DNA of 64,000 nucleotides, taken from NCBI GenBank assembly GCA_964016885.1, contig OZ024742.1, forward strand, positions 161,572,001-161,636,000. The letters run 5' to 3'. The notes under the pieces were generated by a model that saw nothing but the letters and a program-made list of their open reading frames with translations, was not told where the DNA came from and ran no database searches. Origin of the DNA: Eledone cirrhosa (lineage: Eukaryota). Made by a program: the position numbers and the translations under genes. Below are positions 47,041 to 59,916 of the stretch, piece by piece (the stretch's first letter is position 1; each line of letters opens with the position of its first letter).

Positions 47041-48265
47041 TATGGCCTAGAATCAAAAGGCCTTAAAGTTAACTTGTCTAAGACTAAAATTCTAGAATGT
47101 AGAAAGGAAAATAGGGCACAGATGCCCTCTGGGAAATGGCCATGCTCAATGTGTAGGAAAAGAGTAGGTAGAAATTCCATTTTATGTCCCAAATGCAAAC
47201 TATGGGTACATGAAAGATGTAGTGAGATCACAGGTAAGCTATCTAAGAACATAGATTTTATATGTGGCCGATGCTCAGGTGCAATAAGTAGCAAGTGCCC
47301 ACAGGATACTAGCTCCTTCATGCCTAGATGGTTCTATAGAAATAGTGGACACTTTCCGTTACCTGGGTGACAAAATCAGCAATGGTGTAGGGTGCTCTGA
47401 AAGTACAGTAGCCAGTCAGAATGGGATGTAAAAAGTTCAGAGAGCTTATACCACTGTTGGCCACAAAAGGTTTCTCTCTAAAAATGAAAGTCAGATTGTA
47501 TGATGCCTGTATACGACAGCAATGTTACATGGCAGTGAGACATGGGCATTGTGTGCAGAGGACCTGTGCAGACTGGAGAGGAACGAAGTATGCATGCTCC
47601 GTTGGATGTGTAATAGTAATATACGCAAACAGCAAAACATAAATGAACTAAGTGAGAAATTAGAAATAAGAGGGATCAGATGTTGTTTACTTGAGAGAAG
47701 ACTACGTTGGTATAGCCACGTGATGCGCATGAAAGACGACAGCTGTATAAAAAAGTGCAGGGCGATCAAAATTGATGGAAGTTTCAGCGTAGGTAGACCC
47801 AGAAAAACCTGGGACGATTTGATAAATTCCGACCTTACACACTTGCACCTCTCTAAGACAATGTCACTGGACCGTGATCTTTGACGCCACGCAGTAATAC
47901 AGAAGACCCGCAAATATACACCCCAACCCTCTACGCCTACTCCCACTAACACCACCCTTTCTCTGTAAAGTTGGTACCACAACATCAAGTCCAAATTAAT
48001 GAGATAATGAGATCAAGATCGTGTAGGTGTCACGACAAAAAGCACAGTCCACGCTGTAATGTGGCCGTGTAGGTAACATGGTAAAAAGTTCCCGGTCTAT
48101 ACTGTAAATGTGGTTGGTGTTAGGAAGGGCATCAGGCCGTAGAAAACCTGCCAGATAGTCCTATACAAACGAGACACGGTCACCCGACCAATCTTGCCTC
48201 AAATTGGGACAACTCCCGTCTAACCCATGCTAGCGTGGAAGATAGACTTTAAACGATGATGATGA
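47041..48265 (+). mobile_element. RTE-clade LINE 3' portion
   Basis: GLKVNLSKTKI, WPCSMCRKRVGRNSILCPKCKLWVHERCS, LHGSETW, RRLRWYSHVMR, GRPRKTW; (GAT)n tail. Confidence 0.88.
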
Positions 48266-48959
48266 TATATATATATATATATATAATCCTCATTTTATGT
48301 CCACTTTTCCCTGCTTGTAAGGGTGGGACAGGTCCTCTTCAGCATAGCATCTCTCAACTCATCACAGTCCTTTGTCATCTCCTGTGAGCTTCAGTAATCT
48401 GAGGTCAGTTCTCACCACCTCTGCCCATGTTTTCTGTGGTCTTCCTCCATTGCATCTTTCTTCCACTGGGATTACTTGGCACTTCTTCACCTAGCGGTCA
48501 TCATCCATGCACATCACATGGCCATACCAACGTAGTCTTCTCTCCTGCAGACTACAGCTTATTCCTCTTATACATAAAACTTTCAGAGGAGTGCATTCCA
48601 TTACAGAAAAGATGGGATAATTTCATAAAAATTTGTTTTAAAAATTCAAATAATTTTTTTTAATGTTTATAGGATCTTTTTATTTTATTTTTGAAATGTA
48701 ATCAATATAAATTAAACTATTGGATTCAAGTATCAATTATTTTGGCATGGGCAAGGTTTTAACAGTTAACACCCACACACACACATTCTATGGTAACAGC
48801 CGCAGTGTAACTTTACCTCAAAAAGCTAACTGAACAATCTGAAGCAAGACACCAAGAATAGGGTAAAATGTCTGTACTATACCCATCCAGTCACTCTTAT
48901 TGCAACAACTCCAATTTTATCTCTCCTACTCTAAAAAGAAAAAATATGATCATCCTTAA

Positions 48960-49184
48960 CCCTTTTGTTACTATATCTTTGAAGAAATACACATTTTGAA
49001 AATAATGAACAATTTGGAGGAATTTAGTAATATAGCTTGACATTTTCATTATTTATTAGCTGATGTTTGAAACATTACTTAACAAAAGTTTCTTACATAA
49101 AACTATGATGGAAGTTGTTAATTTATACATAAACACTTTAAAACAAAGTTTTGTATTTTTAAACCAGAGGCGGTATCAAAAGGG
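48960..49184. mobile_element. piggyBac-like MITE
   Basis: TTAA-CCCTTTTGTTAC ... GTATCAAAAGGG-TCAA (TIR and decayed TTAA TSD). Confidence 0.5.
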
Positions 49185-49436
49185 TCAACTAAGATGAACA
49201 TACAAAACAAATACAAAGAATCACTTTGTTGTGTGTGTTTGTGTGTGAGTTTTTTGGGGGTTTTTTTTAATATAGATCTCTTCTTTCTTCATGGCAGCTT
49301 CTGGTTACTTTCAGGAAGTAAAAATAGCAGCCCCAACAGACCCAGTGGAAGAGGTTTGAAAAAAATATATAAGAAAATTATCCTCTAACCACTATCAGTG
49401 ACAATTTTTCAAAGACCCAATCCATTCGTGTGAAAT

Positions 49437-49826
49437 TCAATCAGGTTCATCATCAATAACTGTGTTGCTCTCAGAAGAAGAGAGGGGAGTGGCAGGAAGG
49501 ATTTGGCAATCTTCTGATACAGCCAGAACAATATCACCGCTGCTGTTGGTGTTGTTAGTAGAGGTGGCGCATTCAACAGGCAGGTCAACAGTGGTGGAAA
49601 CAGTTGCAGGCACTTCAACAATAACAGTGGCATCATCTGGAGAAGTTTCCAGAACAGGACGACAACAATGATGGGCAGATATGATGACTTCCTCGAATAG
49701 ATCTAATGTAATAATCCCTTCGGAGTCTAACTGCTCGAGAGCCTGGTTGCAGAACTTATGTACAGAACACATCAGATCTCCAACAGTCCAACATTTTGCT
49801 TGAACAACTCTGACCACATCAGGAAA
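49437..49826 (-). CDS. PARG-like: PARG-family gene, terminal coding exon
   Basis: Acceptor tttttcag, phase 0; VVRVVQAKCWTVGDL resembles the PARG C-terminal TVGDL motif; TGA stop at 49437-49439. Confidence 0.82.
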   Translation of the reverse strand, partial: FPDVVRVVQAKCWTVGDLMCSVHKFCNQALEQLDSEGIITLDLFEEVIISAHHCCRPVLETSPDDATVIVEVPATVSTTVDLPVECATSTNNTNSSGDIVLAVSEDCQILPATPLSSSESNTVIDDEPD

Positions 49827-50459
49827 CTGAAAAACAAAGAGAAAGACTTTTAAGAAATCAAATACCACAATGTTATCATCATTATAATTTAATGTTGTCA
49901 TCATTTAACATCATTATCATCACTTAACATCCATTCTGTCATGCTGGCATGGGTTGGACTGATGGTAATGATGATTCAACTGGTTTGGGATGTGAATATG
50001 CATACACAAACATACACATATATATGACAGGGCTTCCATATACATTCGATCTACCAAATTCACTCACAAGGTGTTGATTAATGCATGACTATGGCCAGAG
50101 ACAATTACCAAAGGTGCCACACACTGGAACCAATCCTGAAATTATATGCTTAAGAAGTTAACTTCTAAACCACACAGCTATACCTACATCTACTCAGGGA
50201 TAAAAAAAACAATATATATAATAATTGTTTCTATTTTTGGCACAAAGCCAGTAATTACTCCAGTGCATTACTGGTGCTTTATTTTATCGACCCCGTAAGG
50301 ATGAAAGGCAAAGTTAACCTCAGTGGGATTTGAACTCAGACCGTAAAGGGGCGTAACACTATGCTGCAATGCATGGCGTCTCACCCTCTACCGATACTGC
50401 CAATCCATCGCCCTTATATATATATATATATATAATAATGAAAATATATATACAAATGA

Positions 50460-50760
50460 AAATTATTGTGTACAGTGCTCAGGAGCACTACAACTCATCA
50501 AAGGTGCTTGTATAGTACATAGAATAATGTACAAATGTCAGGAAAGTGAACAGTGTATGAGTCATGATATACACACAGATATATGTGTGCATGTGTATGA
50601 AAGGGGAATATCAGGTGTAGTGTTGACGAATTTTGGGAAGCATGGAAGTTTTGAAGGATGCAGTGTGCCAACAGCTAACAATTGATGCTGGTAGTTTGTT
50701 CCATGTTTAACTTGCTTGAAACCACTGACTATTTGATGAAAAACCATTTGTTTTAACATT
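50460..50760 (-). mobile_element. CR1-like LINE 3' end
   Basis: WNKLP-like remnant and 3' UTR ending before an (ATT/TA)-rich tail. Confidence 0.5.
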
Positions 50761-51442
50761 TTCATGTTTAAATTTAAACCATTATTTATAACTTTTTGTA
50801 AGAACCTTTATGTTATGTTCCAAAAACTAACTTAACAAAAATGTTAGTTATATTACTTGATAGCACCAAATCTTTTATCATTTAAAAAATTAATTGACAA
50901 TCATAGGCAGTATATTTCATTAGAAATGTGGTAACTAAAGCATAAAGTTATGCTCCAAACACCATCTTAATAATGTAAAAGTTATATGACTAAATTCTTG
51001 CAAATTCTTCATTCTTTTCAAAATTATTTGAACATTGTAGATGGTGTCTTCATTATAATTTGTTAAGCAAAGAGTAAAAGAGAAGGGAAGTAACCACAGG
51101 CTTTTCAAGTCCTCAGGACTTTTGGGATTTCTTGTTGATGTTAATATGATTAATGTTCAGTTTGATATCTTTTACATTAGTATTTGAGGGTAAATAAACA
51201 AATTAGCATAGTCGCTAGCACAGTAGATGAAATGCTTTGCTGCATTCCTTCCAGCTCTCAATGCTTTGAATTCTAATCCTGCTAAAGTCAACTTTGCCTT
51301 TCATCCTTCCAAATTTGATAAAAAAAGTACCAATCCCATACTGGAGTCAATTCTTCCTCTATACCACTTTCTCACTTCCTCTCTATCACTCACTCACTCT
51401 CTCTCTCTCTCCTTCCTTCTCTAGAAGAAATCAGCTGTCAGA

Positions 51443-51634
51443 TTTATACCATTTTTCAGCCAAAGGTAGAAATTTTCCAATGGAAAGTAGAACATGTTTT
51501 GGTTTTAAAATCAACACGACCACCTCCACCTGGTTATGGTTTTGGTAATTTTAAAACCAAAAAGTGTTCTTTACATTGGAAAAGTTTTACTTTTCAGCAG
51601 AAAATTTCTAGTTTTCACTGAAAAACGGTATAAA
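51443..51634. repeat. Imperfect fold-back (MITE-like) in intron
   Basis: tttataccatttttcag..tagaaatttt vs aaaatttctag..ctgaaaaacggtataaa; ttttggttttaaaat vs attttaaaaccaaaa. Confidence 0.6.
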
Positions 51635-52214
51635 ATGCCCAAGACATGCCATATATCACAATGGTGCCCCTATTACTCCAATAGAAGTTACTGGTCCATA
51701 CATACAATTGAAAGTGAGCAGTGAGGCACAATGGCTCTAATATTAACATGTTGAACTGCTCACTTTAGTTTAACCCATTGTGACCAGATTTGTAACAATA
51801 ATTTGGAGAAATTTATTAAAATTATTATTTCATTATTATGATCATATTTGTAAAAGTTGGAATATTTAATTTTATATAAAATATACCTTTAAAATGGGTG
51901 TCTTTTTTTTCATTGAATCATGTGTTTTTGGCTGGGTTAGTATAAAAATAGGTTAACCCCATTGAAACAAAATGATTGATAAAATAAGAAACAAATTTGA
52001 GAAAATAAGTATGGAGGGTTAATTATGATTGACTGAACCCCTTTAAAAAACTGTAGCAGCATGACTTGAGTTTAATGATTGAAATCATCATCACAATTTA
52101 ATGTTCATTGTCCATACTTGTTGAAATTAGGTCTGTCATGTTTTGAGGCTAATCAGATCATTTGACCATGTCTTGCTCATATGCTCTGTTTTGGGGTTCT
52201 TTTTATAGCTGAAT

Positions 52215-52580
52215 GCCCTTCCTAATGTTAACTACCTTACAATTAGACTGGGTGCTTCTGTCCTGGCACCAGCACACCCACCTTACAGAGTAGACTGGGT
52301 GCCTTTTTTGTCATGTCACCAGCAGGACCACTATACAGAATGGACTGGGCACTTTTTTTTTGTCATGGTATAAGCATGGCTACCTTATATAGCGAACTGG
52401 GTACTTTATTGTTGAGATACCAGCATGACCACCTTAGAGTGGACTGAATGCATTTTTGTAGTGACACCGATATGACCACCTTACAGGGTTGACTGTGTTT
52501 TTTTTGTTGTGGAACCAACACAACCACCTTAAGGTGTAGACTGGGTGTTTTTTGTCATGGCACCAGCACAACCATCTTAA
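52215..52580. repeat. Decayed ~48-50-bp minisatellite
   Basis: Repeated caccagca..ccaccttacag..gactgggtg..ttttgtcatg. Confidence 0.7.
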
Positions 52581-52805
52581 AGGCCAGTAAAATAATAAAA
52601 TAATAACAGAATGTCTCCTGGTGACCACTGGCCACTGGTCTCTGTCCTGAGACATTTTACCCATTGCTGTCATTGACAGCATTTAGTTGTTTTAACAGTT
52701 GTTCTAGCGATGAGTTTTCTCATTTTTATATGTATTGAAATACACTCTCACTTCGTCTTGATCAGAGACAACATTGTTTTTAAAAAAAAAAAACATTTTT
52801 CTTAC

Positions 52806-52949
52806 CCGGACAAGTTTTTCACTTTGTTTTGTGTAACATATAAAAACTGGCGTTTTGATGTATGAGGAAACAATCCACTGGAGTAAAACTTCAAGTTGCG
52901 GATTTGATCCAGGGATTCCACATGAACTGACTAATGCTCGACAATCACT
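52806..52949 (-). CDS. PARG-like: PARG-family gene, 144-nt exon
   Basis: ttttcag / gtaag boundaries, phase 0/0; RALVSSCGIPGSNPQLEVLLQWIVSS..PVFICYT corresponds to PARG ATGNWGCG..GGD..LK.LIQ..AA. Confidence 0.85.
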
Positions 52950-53279
52950 CTGAAAATGAAGAACAAAGACAGGCCATATTAACAAAAGCCATTCTTTAAT
53001 TCAAACAGATGTATGTCTTATGTCTATAAAGAAAACTATGGTGAAGACGTTAAAGATCTAAGCAGATATTTTTCATAAGACTTCTAATTTAGACTCAAGG
53101 CCAACAAAATTTGAGGAGTGTATCGCTAGAATAAACAAAGTGATTCCCAAGTATTTAATTGGTAAATATATCATCATCATCATTTTGGCTTGCTCCCACA
53201 TTCAATCCCACCATGGGGCCGACCAATACACTGTAAGTAAATTGTGGGCAGAAACGGTAAGGAGGCTTTTATATATATC

Positions 53280-54084
53280 ATCATCATCATCATCTTCGTT
53301 TAACGTCCATTTTCCACGTTAGCATGGGTTAGACAGGAGTTGTCCCACTTGAGGCAAGGCTGGTCGGGTGACCGTATCTCGCTCATATAGGACTATCTGG
53401 CAGGTTTTCTACGGCTGGATGCCCTTCCTAACAACAACCACATTTCACATTTACAGTGTGGAACTAGGAACTTTTTACCGTGTTACCTACACGGCCACAT
53501 TACAGCGTGGATAGTGTGTGTTTTTTATCATGACACGTACACGATCTCGATCTCATTTTCTCGTGCTGTTGGTGGGAGTAGGGGGATAGGGTAGGGGTAG
53601 TGGATTTGGGTGTATATTTGGTTAAGAGATGCCTACTGACTGTAGATTTCGCTTTGTACATAGGCGAGGCGGGTCTTCTGTATTACTGCGTAGCGCCAAA
53701 GATCTCGGTCCAGAGACATTGTCTTAGAGAGATGTGTGTGAGGTCAGAATTTCTCAGATCGTCCCAGGTTTTTCTGGGTCTACCTACTCCGTAACTACCA
53801 CCAATTTTGATCGCCCTGCACTTTTTTATGCAGCTGTCGTCTTTCATGCGCATCACGTGACCATACCAACGTAGCCTTCTCTCAAGTAAACAGCATCTGA
53901 TCCCTCTTATTCCTAATTTCTCAGTTCGTTTATGCTTTGCCGTTCACGTATATTACTATTACACATCCAACGGAGCATGCATGCTTCGTTCCTTTCCAGT
54001 CTACGCAGGTCCTCTGCACGTAATGCCCATGTCTCACTGCCATGTAGTATTGCTGTTCGTATACAGGCATCATACAATCTGCCT
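53280..54084 (-). mobile_element. RTE LINE 3' fragment, inverted relative to 47490-48265
   Basis: Reverse complement of 47490-48265 with scattered differences. Confidence 0.88.
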
Positions 54085-54297
54085 TATATATATATATATA
54101 TATATATTTATACTTGGGGAGGGTCATATTTGTGTAATAATATTGCCAGAATTAATAACAGAACACACTCACTGTTTGGTTGGTTTCGCTTCTGTGTCTT
54201 TTATATCGGTTAATATAATTTATTCGGTCCTCAATGTTACCATTGACTGACCAACGGTCAAAAATACAGATATAATATAGACACAAACACATATATA

Positions 54298-54350
54298 TAG
54301 TCTAACAAAGTTCTTTTGTTGCACATCTGCAACATCGTCAGTAGTGCTAT
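54298..54350 (-). ncRNA. Hammerhead-like core with GAAA->AAAA change (predicted inactive)
   Basis: CUGACGA-U-GUUGCA(GAUG)UGCAAC-AAAA; C>T at 54317 on the plus strand. Confidence 0.6.
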
Positions 54351-54619
54351 TATATTTCCTTCTGTTGTATTGTATGCCTACGCCATCTTTATTTAGTGTT
54401 TTTTATTTATTTATTTTTATTTATTTTTTGTTTTTTGTCTTCTCTGCGCATGCGTCTGCATGTGTGTATAGTGTGTGTTCGTGTTTTGGTGACTGTGTAT
54501 TGGTTATTGTATTCTATCTTAGTTTACTTGTGTGTGTTTATATGTGTTTGTTGTTATTGTGCTTGTGTATGTATTTATTTATTTATACTTCTCTTAGGTC
54601 AGTATTGTTTGTTTGGGTG

Positions 54620-56990
54620 TTGTTGTTATTCCATTCATTTTTTTCTGTTTAGCCTTGGCCTTCTAAGTTCTATTTCGCTGGCCTCTCTGATTTGCCTATC
54701 TGCTGGGTCATTTCTATGTTGTCTATGTTACCGTCATGTTGTTGTCTGGCATGTTCGTATAGTACTGAACCGTTTTTTCATCCTTTTAGTTCCCCCCAGT
54801 GTTGGTCTATCCTTTCACCTATGCTACGAGCTGTCTTGCCTATGTATGTTGTTGTCATGTTTCTGCAAGTACCCTCGGTACATCTTACGCTATAGACTAC
54901 GTTTCTAGTTTTACAGTTTATCCAGGGGTTTACTTTACATATAATATATTTCCTATTAGTACAGTGGGTTTTCTTAAAAAGGTAGGTTTTGCTGATCAGG
55001 GATTTTATGGTGGTTCCTGGCTTTTCTACCACCTTAATCTTTAAGTGGGTCTTTCTCAGGGCCTTTCTACACTGGTTAGCTAATTTCCCTCCAGGGGTAG
55101 TGTCCACAAACATGACACTCTGGTATCTCTGGTTGTCGTACCATGAGATGGCTTTCCCTATCTTATGTCTAGTCCTATCTAAGCTATTCCATGATTTGTT
55201 CCTGTATAATGGGCAAATTCCTTTCATGTCCAGTTCTATGAGGGTCTTATACTTCTCTGTGGCTCCTTCGTATACTCTGATTCTGTCTCTTTGGTTGTAG
55301 CCAGAGAACTGCATGCGGTTGATGAAGTGTTGGATGTGTCTTTCCATTTCTGTTGGGTGGCACATGCGGGACACGTTCTTCATCACTCGTACCAAGTCTG
55401 CGATCAGAATATTAAACTTAGCACTACTGGACATTGCTGAGTTTTTGAGTATCAGGTATTTGGAGGCCATGGGTTTAGCGTAGTGTGAGTGGAGAATTTG
55501 GGCTCTCTCGTCTATAGTGTTAATCCAGAGTTCCGTGTCTAATACAGGTAGTCTATTGTTAGGGTGTTTGGAAGGGAAGTCGATAGTTACAGTTATACTC
55601 TGGTGTATGGAATTAGCTATCTGTTGGATGCTTTCCATTGTGCTATGTTCTAAATCAAACTTGTTAGTGCTCTCTAGTGGGGATGTTCTTATTACTATAT
55701 TGATGTCGTCTACGTAACGAGAGTACATGATGAGGTCTATGGAGCTTTCATTAAGGAGATCTTTGAGTCTCCGTTCTCAGCATCCCATAAAAAGGTTGGT
55801 AATGTCACCAGCTACGCTGACGCCAATGGTTGCTCCCTCATTTTGGGTATAGATCTTCTCGTTGAATTTGAATATGTGGCCCTTTAGGGTAGTTTTGATA
55901 CTAGCCCCTATTGCATGTGCGACCATTTTTCTTACCTGATCATTGTTTTGGGGGTTCCGTATAGCTTTGGTCCACCCAATCCACCTTCCCATAGGAGTCT
56001 TTTTTGCCATTGAGGTTATGGTGGGGGGGGGGGGGGTCTACCTCTTATGGGTCTACTGGGGCAGAAAGGTCTAAGGTCATGGTTGTCTAGGTAGTCAGTG
56101 TCGTAGGAGGCCCAGTTCGTCTGTGTCGACGTCGCAGAACTCCACCTCACTCTCAATGATCATCTCCACACATTTTTCTACAGCAAAATCAATGTTAATG
56201 GATGGGTACAGTGATACCACATCCATACTGCCTATTATGCAGTTGGATAGGTTTTTGTTTTTTGTTGCACTCACCGATTCTGCTGAGGAGGTCCTCTGTA
56301 CTGTCACATACATCTGGGGACATCTTGATTATGGGGCGTATAACCATTGAAAGTAGGAGATCCTGTAGTTGCTAGCTATATTTGCTCCGCATACAGGTCT
56401 TGTTGGTGGTCCTGTTGTCGGGTCGTCGACTGTCTTATGGTATTTGCGATGCCCATACAAAGGTGGTATGCCATTGTTAGACGCCTGGAAGTTGTTGGCA
56501 GTGCATCTGCTTGGCTTTAGGATGTCGGTCCACATCATCATGTGAGCGTTGAGGATTTTCTCTCTCCCATCATGTATTTGCTGTGCAATTTCACTCGTGT
56601 TGGTGATGTGGGGTTGCATAGCCTTGATGTAGTTCGGCATGCTGTCTATTGACATCCTACCAGACTTATCCGTGGGTAGACATACTACCTCACCATCCCT
56701 TGTGCGCTGCTTGAGGCTAACCAAGCCTTCTACAGGTTTCTTCCCAAGTTGTTGGACTTCTGGTCTGCTTTGTCTCTTAGTATACCGGTCTACTATTTGT
56801 CTAATCTTATTTCTAGCTATGGTGAACTGTGCCTCTGTCTCGTCATCTATTTGTTGTGGTATACAAATCCTTTTATTAAAGGGTAACCTCGTAGGATAGA
56901 TATTACCCATCTTATATGTTTTGTCAGCTGGATTGAAGAATAGTTTCTCTAAGGGGTTGTCATTATATCTATCGTCATAGTTGTGTGTGT
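54620..56990 (-). pseudogene. PLE RT + GIY-YIG, multiply frameshifted
   Basis: ORF pieces 56329-56910, 56095-56313, 55777-56010, 54778-55728 in colinear domain order. Confidence 0.88.
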
Positions 56991-57530
56991 TGCTATTATG
57001 TATGTGTTGCTACCATAAAATCCCTGATCAGCAAAACCTACCCTTTTAAGAAAACCCACTGTACTAATAGGAAATGTATTATATGTAAAGTAAACCCCCG
57101 GATAAACTGTAAAACTAGAAACGTAGTCTATAGCATAAGATGTACAGAGGGTACTTGCAGAAACATGACAACAACATACATAGGCAAGACAGCTCGTAGC
57201 ATAGGTGAAAGGATAGACCAACACTGGGGGTACTAAAAGGATGAAAAAACGGTTCAGTACTATACAAACATGCCAGACAACAACATGACGGTAACATAGA
57301 CAACATAGAAATTAGAATAATATCTAAACATAGAAATGACCCAGCAGATAGGCACATCAGAGAGGCCAGCGAAATAGAACTTAGAAGACCAAGGCTAAAT
57401 AGAAAAAATGAATGGAATAACAACAACACCCAAACAAACAACACTGACCTAAGAGAAGTATAAATAAATAAATAAATAAACAGACTAAATAAAGATGGCG
57501 TAGGCATACAATACAACAGGAGGAAACATA

Positions 57531-57584
57531 ATAGCACCACTGACGATGTTGCAGATGTGCAACGAAAGAACTTTGTTAGACTAT
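57531..57584 (+). ncRNA. Hammerhead-like core, intact, in the inverted pLTR
   Basis: CUGACGA-U-GUUGCA(GAUG)UGCAAC-GAAAGAACUU. Confidence 0.68.
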
Positions 57585-58944
57585 ATATATGTGTTTGTGT
57601 CTATATTATATCTGTATTTTTGACCGTTGGTCAGTCAATGGTAACATTGAAGACCGAATAAATTAAATTAGCCAATATAAAAGACACAGAAGCGAAAAGC
57701 AACCAAACAGTGAGTGTGTTCTGTTATTAATTCTGGCAATATTATTACACAAATATGACCCTCCCCAAGTATAACAATATTTGTTTCGACACACAATTTC
57801 ATATCAAAAACCTCGCAAAACTATATATATATATATATATATTAGAAAGTGAGGTTTTTTTACAAAATGAAAAATAACCGAGGTGTCCTACACGAGTGAA
57901 AGTATAAGGAAAAAGATAAAATCGAAAATGAAACTGGAGTCTTTTTTTTTTAAATATATATTTATTTGGTTCCTTTATATATATATAAAGGGTAGGGTAA
58001 AGACCCCCTTCGTTCATGAATGATCATGGGATTTGCACCTAGAAATTTCCCCTCCGAGGCACAAGTCCGGGCAAGGTTATTTGTGGAAGACCAGCAGTTG
58101 CCCATGTATACCAATCTCCCCTCTCAACGCCACCGATGTTGACCAAGTAAGTGGCACCAGTGACATTGCAACTCATTTCTACAGCTGAATAAACTGGAGC
58201 AACACGAAATAAAGTGTCTTATTCAAGGCCACAACGCATCTGCCGGTCCGAAAGTCAAACTTACAACCTCCCAATTATAAGCCCAATGTTCTAACCACTA
58301 TCACATGAATATGTGATGTTGTCACTCTTCATTTTCTTAATATTGATACTCCATCTGACACCATCTACATAACACCATGTGGCATCCATGACATTGAGTG
58401 CTTCTGCTGGATTACAACATTGTTGGTAAATTGATTATCATAAATTGCCTTATTACTAGAATGTAAATAAATCTATACCAATCCAATGCTACCCACAAAC
58501 TCAAGCAAATGCAAACCATGACCCTACAATTAACTCCACCCACCATAAACAAACCCAACAAGACATAAATTCAAAACATCCTTCAAATCTATACTCCGGC
58601 CTTTTCAGCCAAACAGCAATGAACCTGCTTCAATTACTGATATAGAGGAGGGGTGACAGGCAGCATCAGGTTGCAGCTGTCATATTCCATAATTTCTATA
58701 TTACTCTGCATGTGACTACTATCCCATTACATTCACACATAATCAGTATAACCACTAGAAATATTCCTCGACATAATCTTGTATATATGAGGAGTCATCC
58801 TCATCACCATTTTATGTCCATTTTCCAAGCTAGCATGGGTTCAACAAGTCCTGTTGTGGGCAATGCTAGGTCAGGTGACCATCTCTTGCTCATACAGAAC
58901 AGATTTTGGCTTGCTTTCTACAAATGGATGCCCTTCCTAATGTA

Positions 58945-59450
58945 ATGCCAACCACATTTACAGTGAGTACTAGGGTTTTTTTGTCATTACACCTACACAA
59001 CCACTTCACAGTGAGTACTGGATGCTTTTTGTTGACACCTACACGACCACTTTATAGTGAGTACTGGGTGCTTTTTGTCGTGACACCTACATAACCACTT
59101 TACAGTGAGTACTGAGTGCTTTTTACCATGACACCTACACAACCACTTTACAGTGAATACTGGGTGCTTTTTGTCGTGACACCTACATAACCACTTTACA
59201 GTGAGTACTGAGTGGTTTTTACCATGACAACTACAAAACCACTTTACTGTGTGGACTGGGTGCTTTTTGTCGTGGCACCTACACAACCACTTTACTGTGT
59301 GGACTGGGTGCTTTTTGTTGTGACGCCTACACAACCACTTTACTGTGTGGACTGGGTGCTTTTTGTCGTGACATCTACACAACCACTTTACTGTGTGGAC
59401 TGGGTGCTTTTGTCGTGACATCTACATGACTACTTTATAGTGTGGACTGG
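58945..59450. repeat. 48-bp minisatellite, ~10 copies
   Basis: acacctacacaaccactttacagtgagtactgggtgctttttgtcgtg repeated. Confidence 0.92.
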
Positions 59451-59916
59451 TGTATGAGTGTATAATAGTCAATACAGGTATACTGACACAAAAAAAAAAA
59501 TCCCCCAGTGAAATTGTCTATGTCTCCCATAAACAATACATCCTGCAGCATAGAAGTTTGACAAATATTAGTGGTGTATACTATACTTAGAAAATAAGGT
59601 ATAGGCTGGCATCAGGAAAGATATCCAGCTCGAGAAAACCTGCCTCAAAGGTCTCATATCAACCCATGCCAACACAGAAAAAGCATTGCAAAAATGATGA
59701 GTAGTAGTAGTTGTGGTGGTAATAGTAGTAGTAGCAGCAGCAACAGTGGTGGTAGTAGTAGTGGTGGTGGTGGTGGTAATAGTAGCAGTAGTAGTGATAG
59801 TGATAGCATCATGAGGAGCTTAATTTTTAGTGTTACAAGTAGAAAGGAAAGAGCTAAAGAATTTTTAAAAAAAGGAAATATTAAATAAAAAAATAAAAAA
59901 GATGTTCCCAACTTAC

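Larger units (their letters stand above)
54109..57773 (-). mobile_element. Penelope-like element (Cys-rich linker, Neptune-like, tentative) with inverted 3' copy (54109-55011 vs 57012-57773)
   Basis: PTDKSGR, PLYG, GPPTRPV, GSMDVVSLYPSI, IYTQ.EG..IG, SRYVDD, LPVLD, RNVVY..C..C..YIGKTARS..ER..H; flanked by (TA)n. Confidence 0.93.

Noticed and set aside
58993-59421. ORF with 16-aa Cys/His repeats resembling zinc fingers
   Set aside because: Translation of the 48-bp intronic minisatellite.
59654-59911. Poly-Leu/Pro and poly-Ser/Gly ORFs
   Set aside because: Trinucleotide (GTA/GTG/GCA) microsatellite just inside an intron.
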